From assembly GCF_003018255.1 (NCBI RefSeq), contig NZ_CP027440.1: a stretch of 64,000 bases of DNA. One strand, given 5' to 3'. This stretch comes from Escherichia coli. Lineage in GTDB: Bacteria > Pseudomonadota > Gammaproteobacteria > Enterobacterales > Enterobacteriaceae. The notes under the pieces are model-generated. The model was not told the origin of the DNA. It saw nothing but the letters and a program-made list of their open reading frames with translations, and ran no database searches. Numbering within the stretch: position 1 is the first letter of the stretch; the number at the start of each line of letters is the position of its first letter. The position numbers and the translations under genes are program-made. Of the stretch, positions 53,691-63,130 are shown piece by piece.

Positions 53691-55298
53691 TCAATGTGCC
53701 TTGATATACAACTCTTTGCTGTAGACATAATCCTGGGGATTATGCAGCGGAAAACCGCCAACGTAGGGTTTAAGCAGTTTGATTAACGGCTGATAGTAGA
53801 TGGGAATCAGCGGTGCCTGCTGGTTGATGATCACTTCTGCCTGCTGATACAACGCATTACGCTTTGTCGCATCAGTGATCTGCGTGGCCTGGTTTAGTAA
53901 GGCGTCATACTGCGCATTTTTCCAGTGACCGACGTTTTCTTCACTATCGCTTTTGAGCGTGTTCAGGAAGCTGGAGGCATCATTGTACGTCGCATCCCAC
54001 GACTGCCGAGACAGCATAAAATCACCGGCTCGTCGGGCATCAAGATAGGTTTTCCACTCCATTGTGCGCAGCGTCACCTGTGCACCCAGCCATTTTTTCC
54101 ATTCGGAAGACAACGCTATCGCGGTCTTTTCATGCAGATCGTACTTGTTGTAGAACAGCTCAAAGCGTAGCGGATGAGAGGCGTCGTATCCCGCCTGTTT
54201 CAGCAAGGCTTTTGCCATCGCGACACGCTCACTCATTGGCTTTTGCAGTTCATCGAACGTCGTCGCGCTAAAGCCTTTTACCTCTGGCGGCGTCAGCGTG
54301 GTTGCGGGCGTTCTCAACCCCAGTACCTTTTGCGCAATAAGCTGTCGATCAACCGTAAGATATAGCGCCCGACGCACCCGCACATCGTTAAATGGCGGTT
54401 TCTCAAGGTTAAAGTTGTAATATTCGCTGTTCAGACGCGGGATAATTCGTAGCTCGCCAGGCAGTGATTTTTCAATGGCGGGAATTTGCTGCGCCGGAAC
54501 CCAGGTGAGATCGACCTCTCCCGCGCGATAGCGGTTATAGCCGGTGACCGAATTATCCAGCGCCAGATACTCAACCTGTTGCAATACCGTATGTTGCGCA
54601 TCGCGGTACTTTGGATTTTTGCGTGCGGTAATCTTTTCGTTAACTACCCATTTATCAAGCACAAAGGCACCGTTGTAAACCATGTTCTCTGGCTTACTCC
54701 AGCTATCGCCATGTTTAGCGATGACATGATGAGGAACCGGGAACAACGTCGGCCAGGCGAGCATCGTCGTAAACCAAGGAACTGGCTGCTCAAGCGTAAC
54801 TTCAAGAGTACGATCATCCGTCGCTTTGATCCCCAGCGATGTAACATCTGCTTTACCCGCAACAATAGCCGCGGCATTGTTAATGTGCGCCTGTGCCAGA
54901 TAGCCAGCAAAAGGGCTTGCCGTTTTCGGGTCAACCGCACGTTGCCAGCCGAGGACAAAATCCTCTGCCGTCAGAGGCTGACCGTCTGACCACTGCAAAC
55001 CGCTACGCAGATGGAAAATATAGCGCTTGCCGCCGTCAAGTATCTCCCAGCGTTCAGCCTGAGCGGGCTGCACCTGGCCTTCACCGTCCATCCATACCAG
55101 ACCTTCAAACAGATCCAGCACAATCTGCGCGGCAGTATTCTCCTCTACCTTTTGCGGGTCGAGCGTGCCTGGGTCGCTATGATTGTTGTAACGAAAGACT
55201 TGTTGCGGGGCGAGCGGTGTGTTGGCGGGAACGTCAGCAGCGTAGAGAGGAGCCGCACTTACCAGGCTGACCAGCCATAATAAATTTCGCGTATACAT
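53691..55298 (-). CDS. ygiS: Periplasmic solute-binding protein (family 5, oligopeptide-type), 535 aa
   Basis: Trimmed to MYTRNLLWLVSLVSAAPLYA...; AGGA ribosome-binding site upstream. Confidence 0.9.
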   Translation of the reverse strand: MYTRNLLWLVSLVSAAPLYAADVPANTPLAPQQVFRYNNHSDPGTLDPQKVEENTAAQIVLDLFEGLVWMDGEGQVQPAQAERWEILDGGKRYIFHLRSGLQWSDGQPLTAEDFVLGWQRAVDPKTASPFAGYLAQAHINNAAAIVAGKADVTSLGIKATDDRTLEVTLEQPVPWFTTMLAWPTLFPVPHHVIAKHGDSWSKPENMVYNGAFVLDKWVVNEKITARKNPKYRDAQHTVLQQVEYLALDNSVTGYNRYRAGEVDLTWVPAQQIPAIEKSLPGELRIIPRLNSEYYNFNLEKPPFNDVRVRRALYLTVDRQLIAQKVLGLRTPATTLTPPEVKGFSATTFDELQKPMSERVAMAKALLKQAGYDASHPLRFELFYNKYDLHEKTAIALSSEWKKWLGAQVTLRTMEWKTYLDARRAGDFMLSRQSWDATYNDASSFLNTLKSDSEENVGHWKNAQYDALLNQATQITDATKRNALYQQAEVIINQQAPLIPIYYQPLIKLLKPYVGGFPLHNPQDYVYSKELYIKAH

Positions 55299-55406
55299 GG
55301 TATTCCTTACCGGAGAAATTATAAGCCCGACAACAATACGCCTGTGGCATTGTTTGCTCAAACTTATCGCGAGTGATTTGGCTCACACTCCGGTAAAGAT
55401 TCCCCA

Positions 55407-55889
55407 TCACGCCAACGGCACATAAATATCCGTTTCCAGTCGCCGCTCTGTCATCCCTTCGGCAAGATTGGTGTAGTGAAACAGGATCGGGGCTTTGCGC
55501 ATTTTTTCGCCGCTTGCAGGTAGCCAGTGGCGAATGATGCCCCATATCGTGTGTGAAATATCGTCCAGCTCGCCAACATGGCGGGCAACAGCATAACGCC
55601 CACCGGTAAGTTCGCCATTACTCACGCCATAACGATTATCGGGGATCGGTTCGCTAACGCTGCCGCAGATATCAAAGCGAAACGCTTCTGGTGCGGTGGT
55701 GGCTGGGTCGTCCCAGGCGACGCCAAAAGTCTGGCTTTGGTTAACAGGAGAAAGCCCCGTCTCTTTACGCCACATGATAAATTTCGCCACGCTGTAGTTG
55801 AGCAACTCAGGGCTACAGCGGTGCGGCAACATCGCCACAGGGATTGATGGGAAATCGATAATATTTACATCCAGTGTCAGGTTTGTCAT
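55407..55889 (-). CDS. ygiV: GyrI-like domain regulator, 160 aa
   Basis: Length and position; lies 108 bp from the ygiS start with no gene between. Confidence 0.88.
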   Translation of the reverse strand: MTNLTLDVNIIDFPSIPVAMLPHRCSPELLNYSVAKFIMWRKETGLSPVNQSQTFGVAWDDPATTAPEAFRFDICGSVSEPIPDNRYGVSNGELTGGRYAVARHVGELDDISHTIWGIIRHWLPASGEKMRKAPILFHYTNLAEGMTERRLETDIYVPLA

Positions 55890-55941
55890 TTTGCCTCCCT
55901 GCGAAATTATTCCCGGGAACGCGTCCCGGGAGCGGTAACAA

Positions 55942-56334
55942 TTACGGATTTACTTTGCGGATCTGTTTGACGTCAATTTCAACAGAGTTCCAGTCTTTAT
56001 CGACTTCACCCTGAATCTCAACTGTATCTTTCGGCGTCACCGTCACGCCGTTCCAGCGTTTGTGGTCGATATCAACATTGATAGTACCGCTGGCATCTTT
56101 GAACACGTAGAGATCGTCAGAGATGCGTTCAACGATATTGCCGCGCAGGGTTACCCAGGTGTCGTCACGCAGGGATTTTGCGCTTTCTACGGTCGTTACG
56201 CTGCCGTTCGGCCCCTGGAATCCTCCGGCCTGACTTTGCGTTGCCGATGGGCCAGAAAAACCGCCCTGCTCTGCTGCCATCACCGGTGCGCTGCACAGGG
56301 CCATTACTGCGATTACTGCTGCGAATTTTTTCAT
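55942..56334 (-). CDS. ygiW: OB-fold periplasmic stress protein (BOF family), 130 aa
   Basis: Trimmed to MKKFAAVIAVMALCSAPVMA... Confidence 0.9.
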   Translation of the reverse strand: MKKFAAVIAVMALCSAPVMAAEQGGFSGPSATQSQAGGFQGPNGSVTTVESAKSLRDDTWVTLRGNIVERISDDLYVFKDASGTINVDIDHKRWNGVTVTPKDTVEIQGEVDKDWNSVEIDVKQIRKVNP

Positions 56335-56485
56335 GTTTATTACTCCCTTTAATGTCTGTTTCCGAGCATTTAACAAGATAGTCCTTAACAACTTCTTAAG
56401 GGAAAAAAATAAAATTTAATGCTGTACAGAGCGCGTTACAACACGGTTTACTGGCAGCAAATACGGTTATCGCAGGGATGAAAAA

Positions 56486-57145
56486 ATGCGAATTTTACTG
56501 ATAGAAGATGACATGCTGATTGGCGACGGCATCAAAACGGGCCTTAGTAAAATGGGTTTTAGCATCGACTGGTTTACACAAGGTCGTCAGGGAAAAGAGG
56601 CGCTATATAGCGCGCCTTATGATGCGGTGATCCTGGATTTAACCTTACCAGGCATGGATGGTCGCGATATTTTGCGCGAATGGCGAGAAAAAGGTCAGCG
56701 TGAGCCGGTACTGATCCTGACCGCGCGCGATGCGCTGGCGGAACGTGTAGAAGGGCTGCGTCTGGGAGCTGACGATTATCTGTGTAAACCTTTTGCGTTG
56801 ATAGAAGTCGCCGCCAGGCTGGAAGCTCTGATGCGCCGAACCAACGGCCAGGCCAGCAACGAGCTGCGCCACGGCAACGTCATGCTCGACCCCGGCAAAC
56901 GTATCGCCACGCTGGCTGGCGAACCCTTAACGCTGAAACCAAAAGAATTTGCCCTGCTGGAATTACTGATGCGTAACGCTGGTCGGGTACTGCCGCGCAA
57001 ACTGATTGAAGAGAAACTGTATACCTGGGACGAAGAGGTCACCAGTAATGCCGTTGAAGTGCATGTGCATCATCTGCGACGCAAACTCGGCAGTGATTTT
57101 ATTCGTACCGTTCATGGTATTGGCTACACATTAGGTGAGAAATGA
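56486..57145 (+). CDS. qseB: Two-component response regulator (OmpR family), 219 aa
   Basis: Receiver domain plus winged-helix output; stop overlaps qseC start (ATGA). Confidence 0.95.
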   Translation: MRILLIEDDMLIGDGIKTGLSKMGFSIDWFTQGRQGKEALYSAPYDAVILDLTLPGMDGRDILREWREKGQREPVLILTARDALAERVEGLRLGADDYLCKPFALIEVAARLEALMRRTNGQASNELRHGNVMLDPGKRIATLAGEPLTLKPKEFALLELLMRNAGRVLPRKLIEEKLYTWDEEVTSNAVEVHVHHLRRKLGSDFIRTVHGIGYTLGEK

Positions 57146-58491
57146 AATTTACCCAACGTCTTAGTCTGCGAGTCAGGCTGACGCTAATCTTTTTAATTCT
57201 GGCCTCAGTGACCTGGCTGCTTTCCAGCTTTGTCGCCTGGAAACAAACAACGGATAACGTCGATGAGTTGTTCGACACCCAACTGATGCTGTTTGCCAAA
57301 CGGTTAAGTACGCTCGATCTCAACGAAATCAACGCGGCAGATCGCATGGCACAGACGCCAAATAAATTAAAACACGGTCATGTTGATGACGATGCGCTGA
57401 CCTTTGCCATCTTTACCCACGACGGCAGAATGGTCCTTAACGATGGCGATAACGGAGAAGATATTCCCTATAGCTATCAACGGGAAGGTTTTGCTAACGG
57501 GCAACTGGTCGGTGAAGACGATCCCTGGCGTTTTGTCTGGATGACCTCACCTGATGGCAAATATCGCATCGTTGTTGGTCAGGAATGGGAATACCGCGAA
57601 GACATGGCGCTGGCGATTGTTGCCGGGCAATTGATCCCGTGGCTTGTCGCACTGCCGATTATGTTAATCATCATGATGGTACTACTGGGTCGTGAACTCG
57701 CGCCGCTGAACAAACTGGCGCTGGCACTACGTATGCGTGACCCTGACTCGGAAAAACCACTAAACGCGACGGGCGTACCCAGCGAAGTGCGTCCACTGGT
57801 TGAGTCGTTGAATCAACTGTTCGCCCGCACACATGCGATGATGGTTCGTGAACGACGCTTTACCTCCGACGCAGCTCACGAACTTCGTAGCCCGTTAACG
57901 GCGCTGAAAGTGCAAACCGAAGTTGCGCAGCTCTCTGACGATGATCCGCAGGCGCGGAAAAAAGCGCTGCTTCAATTACATTCCGGAATCGATCGTGCTA
58001 CTCGTCTGGTTGATCAACTGCTCACGCTATCGCGGCTGGACTCACTGGATAACCTTCAGGACGTCGCGGAGATCCCGCTTGAAGATCTCCTGCAATCGTC
58101 GGTGATGGATATTTACCACACGGCGCAGCAGGCGAAAATTGACGTGCGACTGACACTCAAAGCCAACGGCATCAAACGCACCGGACAACCGCTATTGCTA
58201 AGTTTGTTGGTGCGAAATTTGCTGGATAACGCCGTGCGCTACAGTCCACAAGGTAGCGTGGTAGACGTCACGCTGAATGCCGATAATTTCATCGTGAGGG
58301 ATAACGGCCCCGGTGTGACACCAGAGGCATTGGCGCGAATTGGCGAACGCTTCTATCGCCCACCCGGACAAACCGCTACCGGCAGTGGACTTGGGCTATC
58401 GATTGTCCAGCGAATCGCCAAGCTGCATGACATGAATGTTGAATTTGGGAATGCGGAACAAGGTGGATTTGAGGCGAAGGTAAGCTGGTAA
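57142..58491 (+). CDS. qseC: Sensor histidine kinase, 449 aa
   Basis: H-box ([12 protein letters not shown]) and ATPase motifs; length matches. Confidence 0.95.
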   Translation: MKFTQRLSLRVRLTLIFLILASVTWLLSSFVAWKQTTDNVDELFDTQLMLFAKRLSTLDLNEINAADRMAQTPNKLKHGHVDDDALTFAIFTHDGRMVLNDGDNGEDIPYSYQREGFANGQLVGEDDPWRFVWMTSPDGKYRIVVGQEWEYREDMALAIVAGQLIPWLVALPIMLIIMMVLLGRELAPLNKLALALRMRDPDSEKPLNATGVPSEVRPLVESLNQLFARTHAMMVRERRFTSDAAHELRSPLTALKVQTEVAQLSDDDPQARKKALLQLHSGIDRATRLVDQLLTLSRLDSLDNLQDVAEIPLEDLLQSSVMDIYHTAQQAKIDVRLTLKANGIKRTGQPLLLSLLVRNLLDNAVRYSPQGSVVDVTLNADNFIVRDNGPGVTPEALARIGERFYRPPGQTATGSGLGLSIVQRIAKLHDMNVEFGNAEQGGFEAKVSW

Positions 58492-58499
58492 CTTCTCTG

Positions 58500-58536
58500 T
58501 CTATGAGAGCCGTTAAAACGACTCTCATAGACTTTA
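58500..58536. terminator. Convergent terminator hairpin between qseC and ygiZ
   Basis: Perfect 10-bp stem tctatgagag / ctctcataga followed by tttact. Confidence 0.6.
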
Positions 58537-58869
58537 CTAATAGCAAAATATAAACCGTCCCCAAAAAAGCCACCAACCACAACCCAGACAAATAACGAGC
58601 GAGAATACATATAGCCAAAACTCGAACATTTCCCGCATAAAGAGTTTTCTTAAGATAAGAATAATAAGTGGTGTCAGAAGAAAAAATGCTGCAATCATTG
58701 CTTGCAATATACGATCTTCGCCTGAAACAGAAGGTATACTGCAAATATTGTCTCCCGACTCAAGCATCCAGTCATACTTATTGAAAGCAAAAAAAGAATC
58801 TATTAACCAATAAGTAAGCATTATATATAATAGTGCTTCAAATATTGATAGTAGTTGTTTTTTTAACAT
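58537..58869 (-). CDS. ygiZ: Small inner-membrane protein (three predicted TM helices), 110 aa; candidate immunity protein
   Basis: Length and position match K-12 ygiZ; start lies 6 bp after the stop of the upstream SLT-like gene; AT-rich. Confidence 0.85.
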   Translation of the reverse strand: MLKKQLLSIFEALLYIMLTYWLIDSFFAFNKYDWMLESGDNICSIPSVSGEDRILQAMIAAFFLLTPLIILILRKLFMREMFEFWLYVFSLVICLGCGWWLFWGRFIFCY

Positions 58870-58875
58870 ATCTGA

Positions 58876-59586
58876 TTACTCATTAATCAATTTTTTGATA
58901 TGTTCTCTAATCTCTAACAACCTCATACCATAAGAGATGAATTTATAATCATCTGTATCACGCGCAGGCAAATTATTAATTAAACAAATAAAAAAGCCCA
59001 AATCTCGTTCAACACCACGATTATATCTAATACCAGCCATAATATACTGCTCATTCGTCATATACAGTGTTGCCGAAGAGGGATAATCAAAAAGGACAAG
59101 ATCTCTTAAATAAGTAGCAGCAATTTGAAAGGTAAAATCATCCTCCATTAGGCATGTCGCTAACTCTAACTGATTTCTGGTAGTTAATTCTGAAGGGTCT
59201 AGACCTAGAGTAATCGCTGCGGTTCGTATTTGTATACCCATTGAGCCAAATGATGTTTTATTTTCAGGCATATCTAACAATCCCATCATTCTTTTTGTTT
59301 CATATATCTGAAACTTATAATTTTCAGGCATACCTCCTGACTCAATCCAGGCCACGCCGCCCAGTAACTCTGGACGAATTCCAGCGGCGTATGCATGTTT
59401 AATTATTTTGTCTCTATTATATTGTACATATGCATCTTTATAAGCATTTAAATAATATACTCCTGAACGGCGACGCGAATCATTTTTTCCTAACTTCCAG
59501 AGTAAAACGTCCATTTCATCCCATTTACGGAACTTCGCTTGTGGAATTGTACAATATCTATTTTTTATAGTGAGATCGCTTTTCAT
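58876..59586 (-). CDS. Lysozyme-like / SLT-domain protein, about 236 aa; putative Hcp-associated type VI effector
   Basis: Motifs in order: catalytic-type WIESGG, then GSMGIQI, then YNRG; ATG at 59586 lies 2 nt after the hcp stop with an AAGGA ribosome-binding site inside the hcp 3' end; track start (TTG, 59613) rejected. Confidence 0.55.
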   Translation of the reverse strand: MKSDLTIKNRYCTIPQAKFRKWDEMDVLLWKLGKNDSRRRSGVYYLNAYKDAYVQYNRDKIIKHAYAAGIRPELLGGVAWIESGGMPENYKFQIYETKRMMGLLDMPENKTSFGSMGIQIRTAAITLGLDPSELTTRNQLELATCLMEDDFTFQIAATYLRDLVLFDYPSSATLYMTNEQYIMAGIRYNRGVERDLGFFICLINNLPARDTDDYKFISYGMRLLEIREHIKKLINE

Positions 59587-59588
59587 AT

Positions 59589-60068
59589 TTAAAAAATCCT
59601 TTCTTCCCAACAACTATATGATTCCGTACTCGCGATATGGTGCTTCCATGTTATATTTTTATAATTAAGAACAATGACCTCTTCCGGCTGATTACCCGCA
59701 TGTGTAATTGAGTGTGGATAACATGTCAGAATATTCGATAAATGTGCTCCTTGCAATTCAATTGTGTAAAACCTTTCAATACAACCGCCAGAATTAACTC
59801 TATAAAAATTAAATACAGCTGATAACTCTTCATTTTCAGAAAGAGCGGCATTTAATAAAGGGGAGGATTTATCTATTGGCTTGTAAAATTTTATGGGGTG
59901 ATGCACTACATTATACTCTCGACTTAAAGAATGGTCGAACTGTAAAACAAAAATTTCATCCACATGATTTATTTGATATTTATTACCAATAGATGCATAC
60001 GAACCACAACCCTCAGAGATCAAACCTTGTATTTTCCCTTTAATTGATAAGTATATGATATTTGACAT
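59589..60068 (-). CDS. hcp: Type VI secretion tube protein Hcp (Hcp1 family), 159 aa, orphan copy
   Basis: Conserved Hcp blocks (H-P-F-K-ID-SSP-L, NITW, C-terminal WEER); no other type VI genes in the window. Confidence 0.85.
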   Translation of the reverse strand: MSNIIYLSIKGKIQGLISEGCGSYASIGNKYQINHVDEIFVLQFDHSLSREYNVVHHPIKFYKPIDKSSPLLNAALSENEELSAVFNFYRVNSGGCIERFYTIELQGAHLSNILTCYPHSITHAGNQPEEVIVLNYKNITWKHHIASTESYSCWEERIF

Positions 60069-60216
60069 ATATATTCTCCATAATCATTTTTTCCGAAAAA
60101 CTCCTGTATCATTTGCATAATACATCTCTCCTGTGGGAGCTTATGGGAAGTTGATTTAAGTATTGTCATTTTCAGAAAATATTTATCCCGCATCGGTGAA
60201 TCAGAGAAAGATCAGA

Positions 60217-60263
60217 CTTTTGCTAAATTCGCAAAAGACTTTGCACATTTTGCTAATTTCACC
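60217..60263 (+). promoter_or_regulatory. mdaB upstream element: 7-bp inverted repeat plus marbox-like sequence
   Basis: Palindrome cttttgc-N7-gcaaaag, a direct repeat of ttttgctaa(a)ttc, and tttGCACattttgctaattt resembling the MarA/SoxS/Rob box; a -10-like tactat lies about 20 bp downstream. Confidence 0.35.
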
Positions 60264-60317
60264 GTACCGCTCTGTGACGTACTATAGTCGGCAAACGTCT
60301 CACCTTGAGGTTAAAAA

Positions 60318-60899
60318 ATGAGCAACATCCTGATTATCAACGGCGCGAAAAAATTCGCCCACTCCAATGGTCAACTGAACGACACCCTGACCGAAGTCGC
60401 GGATGGCACACTGCGCGACCTCGGGCATGATGTCCGCATTGTTCGCGCCGACAGCGACTACGATGTCAAAGCGGAAGTACAAAACTTTCTCTGGGCTGAT
60501 GTGGTGATCTGGCAGATGCCTGGCTGGTGGATGGGCGCGCCGTGGACAGTGAAAAAATATATTGATGATGTATTCACCGAAGGTCACGGGACTCTGTATG
60601 CCAGCGATGGTCGTACCCGCAAAGATCCATCAAAAAAATACGGTTCCGGCGGCCTGGTACAGGGCAAAAAATATATGCTTTCTCTGACCTGGAACGCACC
60701 AATGGAAGCCTTCACCGAAAAAGATCAGTTCTTCCACGGCGTTGGTGTTGACGGTGTGTACCTGCCGTTCCATAAAGCAAACCAGTTCCTTGGCATGGAA
60801 CCGCTGCCGACATTTATCGCTAATGACGTGATAAAAATGCCTGATGTTCCCCGCTATACTGAAGAATATCGCAAGCATCTTGTGGAAATTTTTGGTTAA
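60318..60899 (+). CDS. mdaB: NADPH:quinone oxidoreductase MdaB, 193 aa
   Basis: Length and sequence recognition. Confidence 0.95.
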   Translation: MSNILIINGAKKFAHSNGQLNDTLTEVADGTLRDLGHDVRIVRADSDYDVKAEVQNFLWADVVIWQMPGWWMGAPWTVKKYIDDVFTEGHGTLYASDGRTRKDPSKKYGSGGLVQGKKYMLSLTWNAPMEAFTEKDQFFHGVGVDGVYLPFHKANQFLGMEPLPTFIANDVIKMPDVPRYTEEYRKHLVEIFG

Positions 60900-60929
60900 C
60901 TAGAGCTCTGGCTTTAGAAGGAGTTAACC

Positions 60930-61244
60930 ATGATTACAGTAATCGCAGAAATCCGTACTCGTCCTGGTCAACATCACCGTCAGGCAGTGTTGGATCAGTT
61001 TGCTAAAATCGTTCCAACCGTACTGAAAGAAGAAGGTTGCCACGGCTATGCGCCAATGGTGGATTGCGCTGCTGGCGTGAGTTTCCAGTCTATGGCACCG
61101 GATTCTATCGTGATGATTGAGCAGTGGGAAAGCATCGCGCATCTTGAAGCGCATCTGCAAACCCCGCACATGAAAGCATATAGCGAAGCCGTAAAAGGTG
61201 ACGTGCTGGAGATGAATATTCGTATCCTGCAGCCGGGGCTTTGA
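60930..61244 (+). CDS. ygiN: Quinol monooxygenase (ActVA-Orf6/ABM family), 104 aa
   Basis: Length and position after mdaB. Confidence 0.93.
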   Translation: MITVIAEIRTRPGQHHRQAVLDQFAKIVPTVLKEEGCHGYAPMVDCAAGVSFQSMAPDSIVMIEQWESIAHLEAHLQTPHMKAYSEAVKGDVLEMNIRILQPGL

Positions 61245-61288
61245 CATTTCTAAAAAGAGGCCGGTGCTGCTACCGGTCTCAGCCCAGA

Positions 61289-62176
61289 TTAGCCATTCTT
61301 TCTTCCCGTTTTCAGTCCTCGATGGAAATCGTTAATTCGCTTAATGGTTTTAACCGCACGCTGCGGCACTGCGGAAGCTACCGACCAGACAATCATTTCC
61401 AGACACAACAATACCGTACCATGTAGCGGCGTTTTCCCTTTTTCATCCCCGCGCGGAACATGAATCACGATACTGGCGTCTTTGCTAAAACGTGAATCCA
61501 GCGCGTTTGTCAGCAAAATAACAGGGATCCCTAGCCGCCTCGCCTCACGAAGCGTTGTCAGCCCTTCCCGGTGCGCTGATTTTTGCGCCATCATGATCAG
61601 AACATCGCCACGTTGAAGCGCGATCAGTTGCTCGGCAAGGCCAATACCCGTACGGTTTAGTGCCGTGGCAGGCAAACCTATGCGGTTGAATAGTCGTGCG
61701 GTATAGTCCGCCAGAATACCCGAAGCGCCAATGCCAAAAATTGCGACTTGCCGTGCCTGCACCAACAACGCTACAGCTTGCGCAAGCGCGTGGCGGTTTT
61801 CAGGCTCTGACAGGACATTACAGGTATACAAATGCCCTTCAAGAACAAAGTCGATTGCGGTGTTAACATCGCTCGTCAAGTTACTCACCGTCGTAGACAT
61901 CTTTTCGCTGGAACTAAGGGCTGGACCAAGCCACTGTTCCAGAGTGCGTTTCAGATCACGCAGCCCGGCAAACCCCAGGGCCTGTATAGCCCTGATAACT
62001 GTGGCATCGGAAGTGTTCAACGTGGCCGCAATTTCCATCGCCGTTTGCTCGAGTACCACTTCACGATGCTCATTAATGTAGCTGGCGACAACTCTTAACC
62101 CAGGCGTTAACTGACTCGCGCGAGTGCGAAAACGCTCACCAAAAATATCAACCCGCACTTTATCTTTCTGGATCAT
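61289..62176 (-). CDS. RpiR/MurR-family regulator (HTH plus SIS domain), 295 aa
   Basis: N-terminal HTH region and C-terminal SIS-like region; start overlaps stop of the upstream binding-protein gene (ATGA). Confidence 0.75.
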   Translation of the reverse strand: MIQKDKVRVDIFGERFRTRASQLTPGLRVVASYINEHREVVLEQTAMEIAATLNTSDATVIRAIQALGFAGLRDLKRTLEQWLGPALSSSEKMSTTVSNLTSDVNTAIDFVLEGHLYTCNVLSEPENRHALAQAVALLVQARQVAIFGIGASGILADYTARLFNRIGLPATALNRTGIGLAEQLIALQRGDVLIMMAQKSAHREGLTTLREARRLGIPVILLTNALDSRFSKDASIVIHVPRGDEKGKTPLHGTVLLCLEMIVWSVASAVPQRAVKTIKRINDFHRGLKTGRKNG

Positions 62177-63120
62177 TTAGCCTCCGGTAGAGGTCGCCCT
62201 GCAATTTGTGATTGTATCTGCGCAGCCATCAGCCCCAGAGATGCAAAGGAGTTAGAAATTGCCTCTTCACGAGAAATCAGCACATAACGCCCGGAACGAC
62301 AGGCAGTCAGAAACTGACACCATCCCGGCATGACTTTTTCCATTGCTGCCAGCTCATCCTGAGGTTTACCACCGGTGTCACCGCGCCAGGTTGCAAAAAC
62401 AAAATCGGCATCCAGTTCAGGTAAACGCTCCGCGCTCACATCCATTCGCCCACCTTCAGGAATGCTCTCAATCAGCGGCGGAAAACGAAAACCCGCATCG
62501 CGTAATACCCGCCCCAGCGAATGATAGCTATGCATCACATTAATTTTTCCCTGGTTTGCCTGAATCACCGATACCGTTATTTTTTGGCTGTCCAGCGTCG
62601 CCTTCAGCGCATTGATTTGTGCCTGATAGCGGCGTTCAAGTATCGCCAGCTGCGACTGCGTTCCTGTAAGTCCTGCCAGCTTGCGATAGATTTCTGGCGC
62701 ACCCCCTTTGAGATGATCAATGCTCACCGTGGGCGCAATTTTTTCAAGTTGTTCAATGGGCGTATTACGGGTCGGTTCTGTGATGATCAGGTCAGGCTTT
62801 GCCGCCACAATCGCTTCAATATCAATATCAGCGGTACCAATAAAGGCGATCGATGAATTATCAAAGTCGACACCTGTCAATAACGCGCCAGATCGAATGA
62901 AATGGCTACCGTCAGGCCGAGTTCGCCCGTGGCTGGCGACAGGAGGTACACCGAGCTCAATCAGAGGAATAGTGATATCAAGATCGTGTAAAGAGACAAT
63001 TCTCTTTGGATGAGCAGGAACAGTGACTTTGCGCCCTAAATCATCAGTAAATACCTGAACAGGTTCTGTTGCACGGGAAAAAAATGACAACAGTATCAGC
63101 AGAGAAAAAAATAAACGCAT
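62173..63120 (-). CDS. ABC-transporter periplasmic substrate-binding protein (siderophore/cobalamin/heme class), about 315 aa
   Basis: Signal peptide (MRLFFSLLILLSFFSRA) then FecB/BtuF-like sequence; track ORF extends 21 codons further upstream. Confidence 0.7.
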   Translation of the reverse strand: MRLFFSLLILLSFFSRATEPVQVFTDDLGRKVTVPAHPKRIVSLHDLDITIPLIELGVPPVASHGRTRPDGSHFIRSGALLTGVDFDNSSIAFIGTADIDIEAIVAAKPDLIITEPTRNTPIEQLEKIAPTVSIDHLKGGAPEIYRKLAGLTGTQSQLAILERRYQAQINALKATLDSQKITVSVIQANQGKINVMHSYHSLGRVLRDAGFRFPPLIESIPEGGRMDVSAERLPELDADFVFATWRGDTGGKPQDELAAMEKVMPGWCQFLTACRSGRYVLISREEAISNSFASLGLMAAQIQSQIAGRPLPEAK

Positions 63121-63130
63121 ATAACTCCCG

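Noticed and set aside
59587-59613. TTG start for the SLT-like gene that would overlap hcp by 25 nt
   Set aside because: An in-frame ATG at 59586 with an AAGGA ribosome-binding site about 10 nt upstream is a better start.
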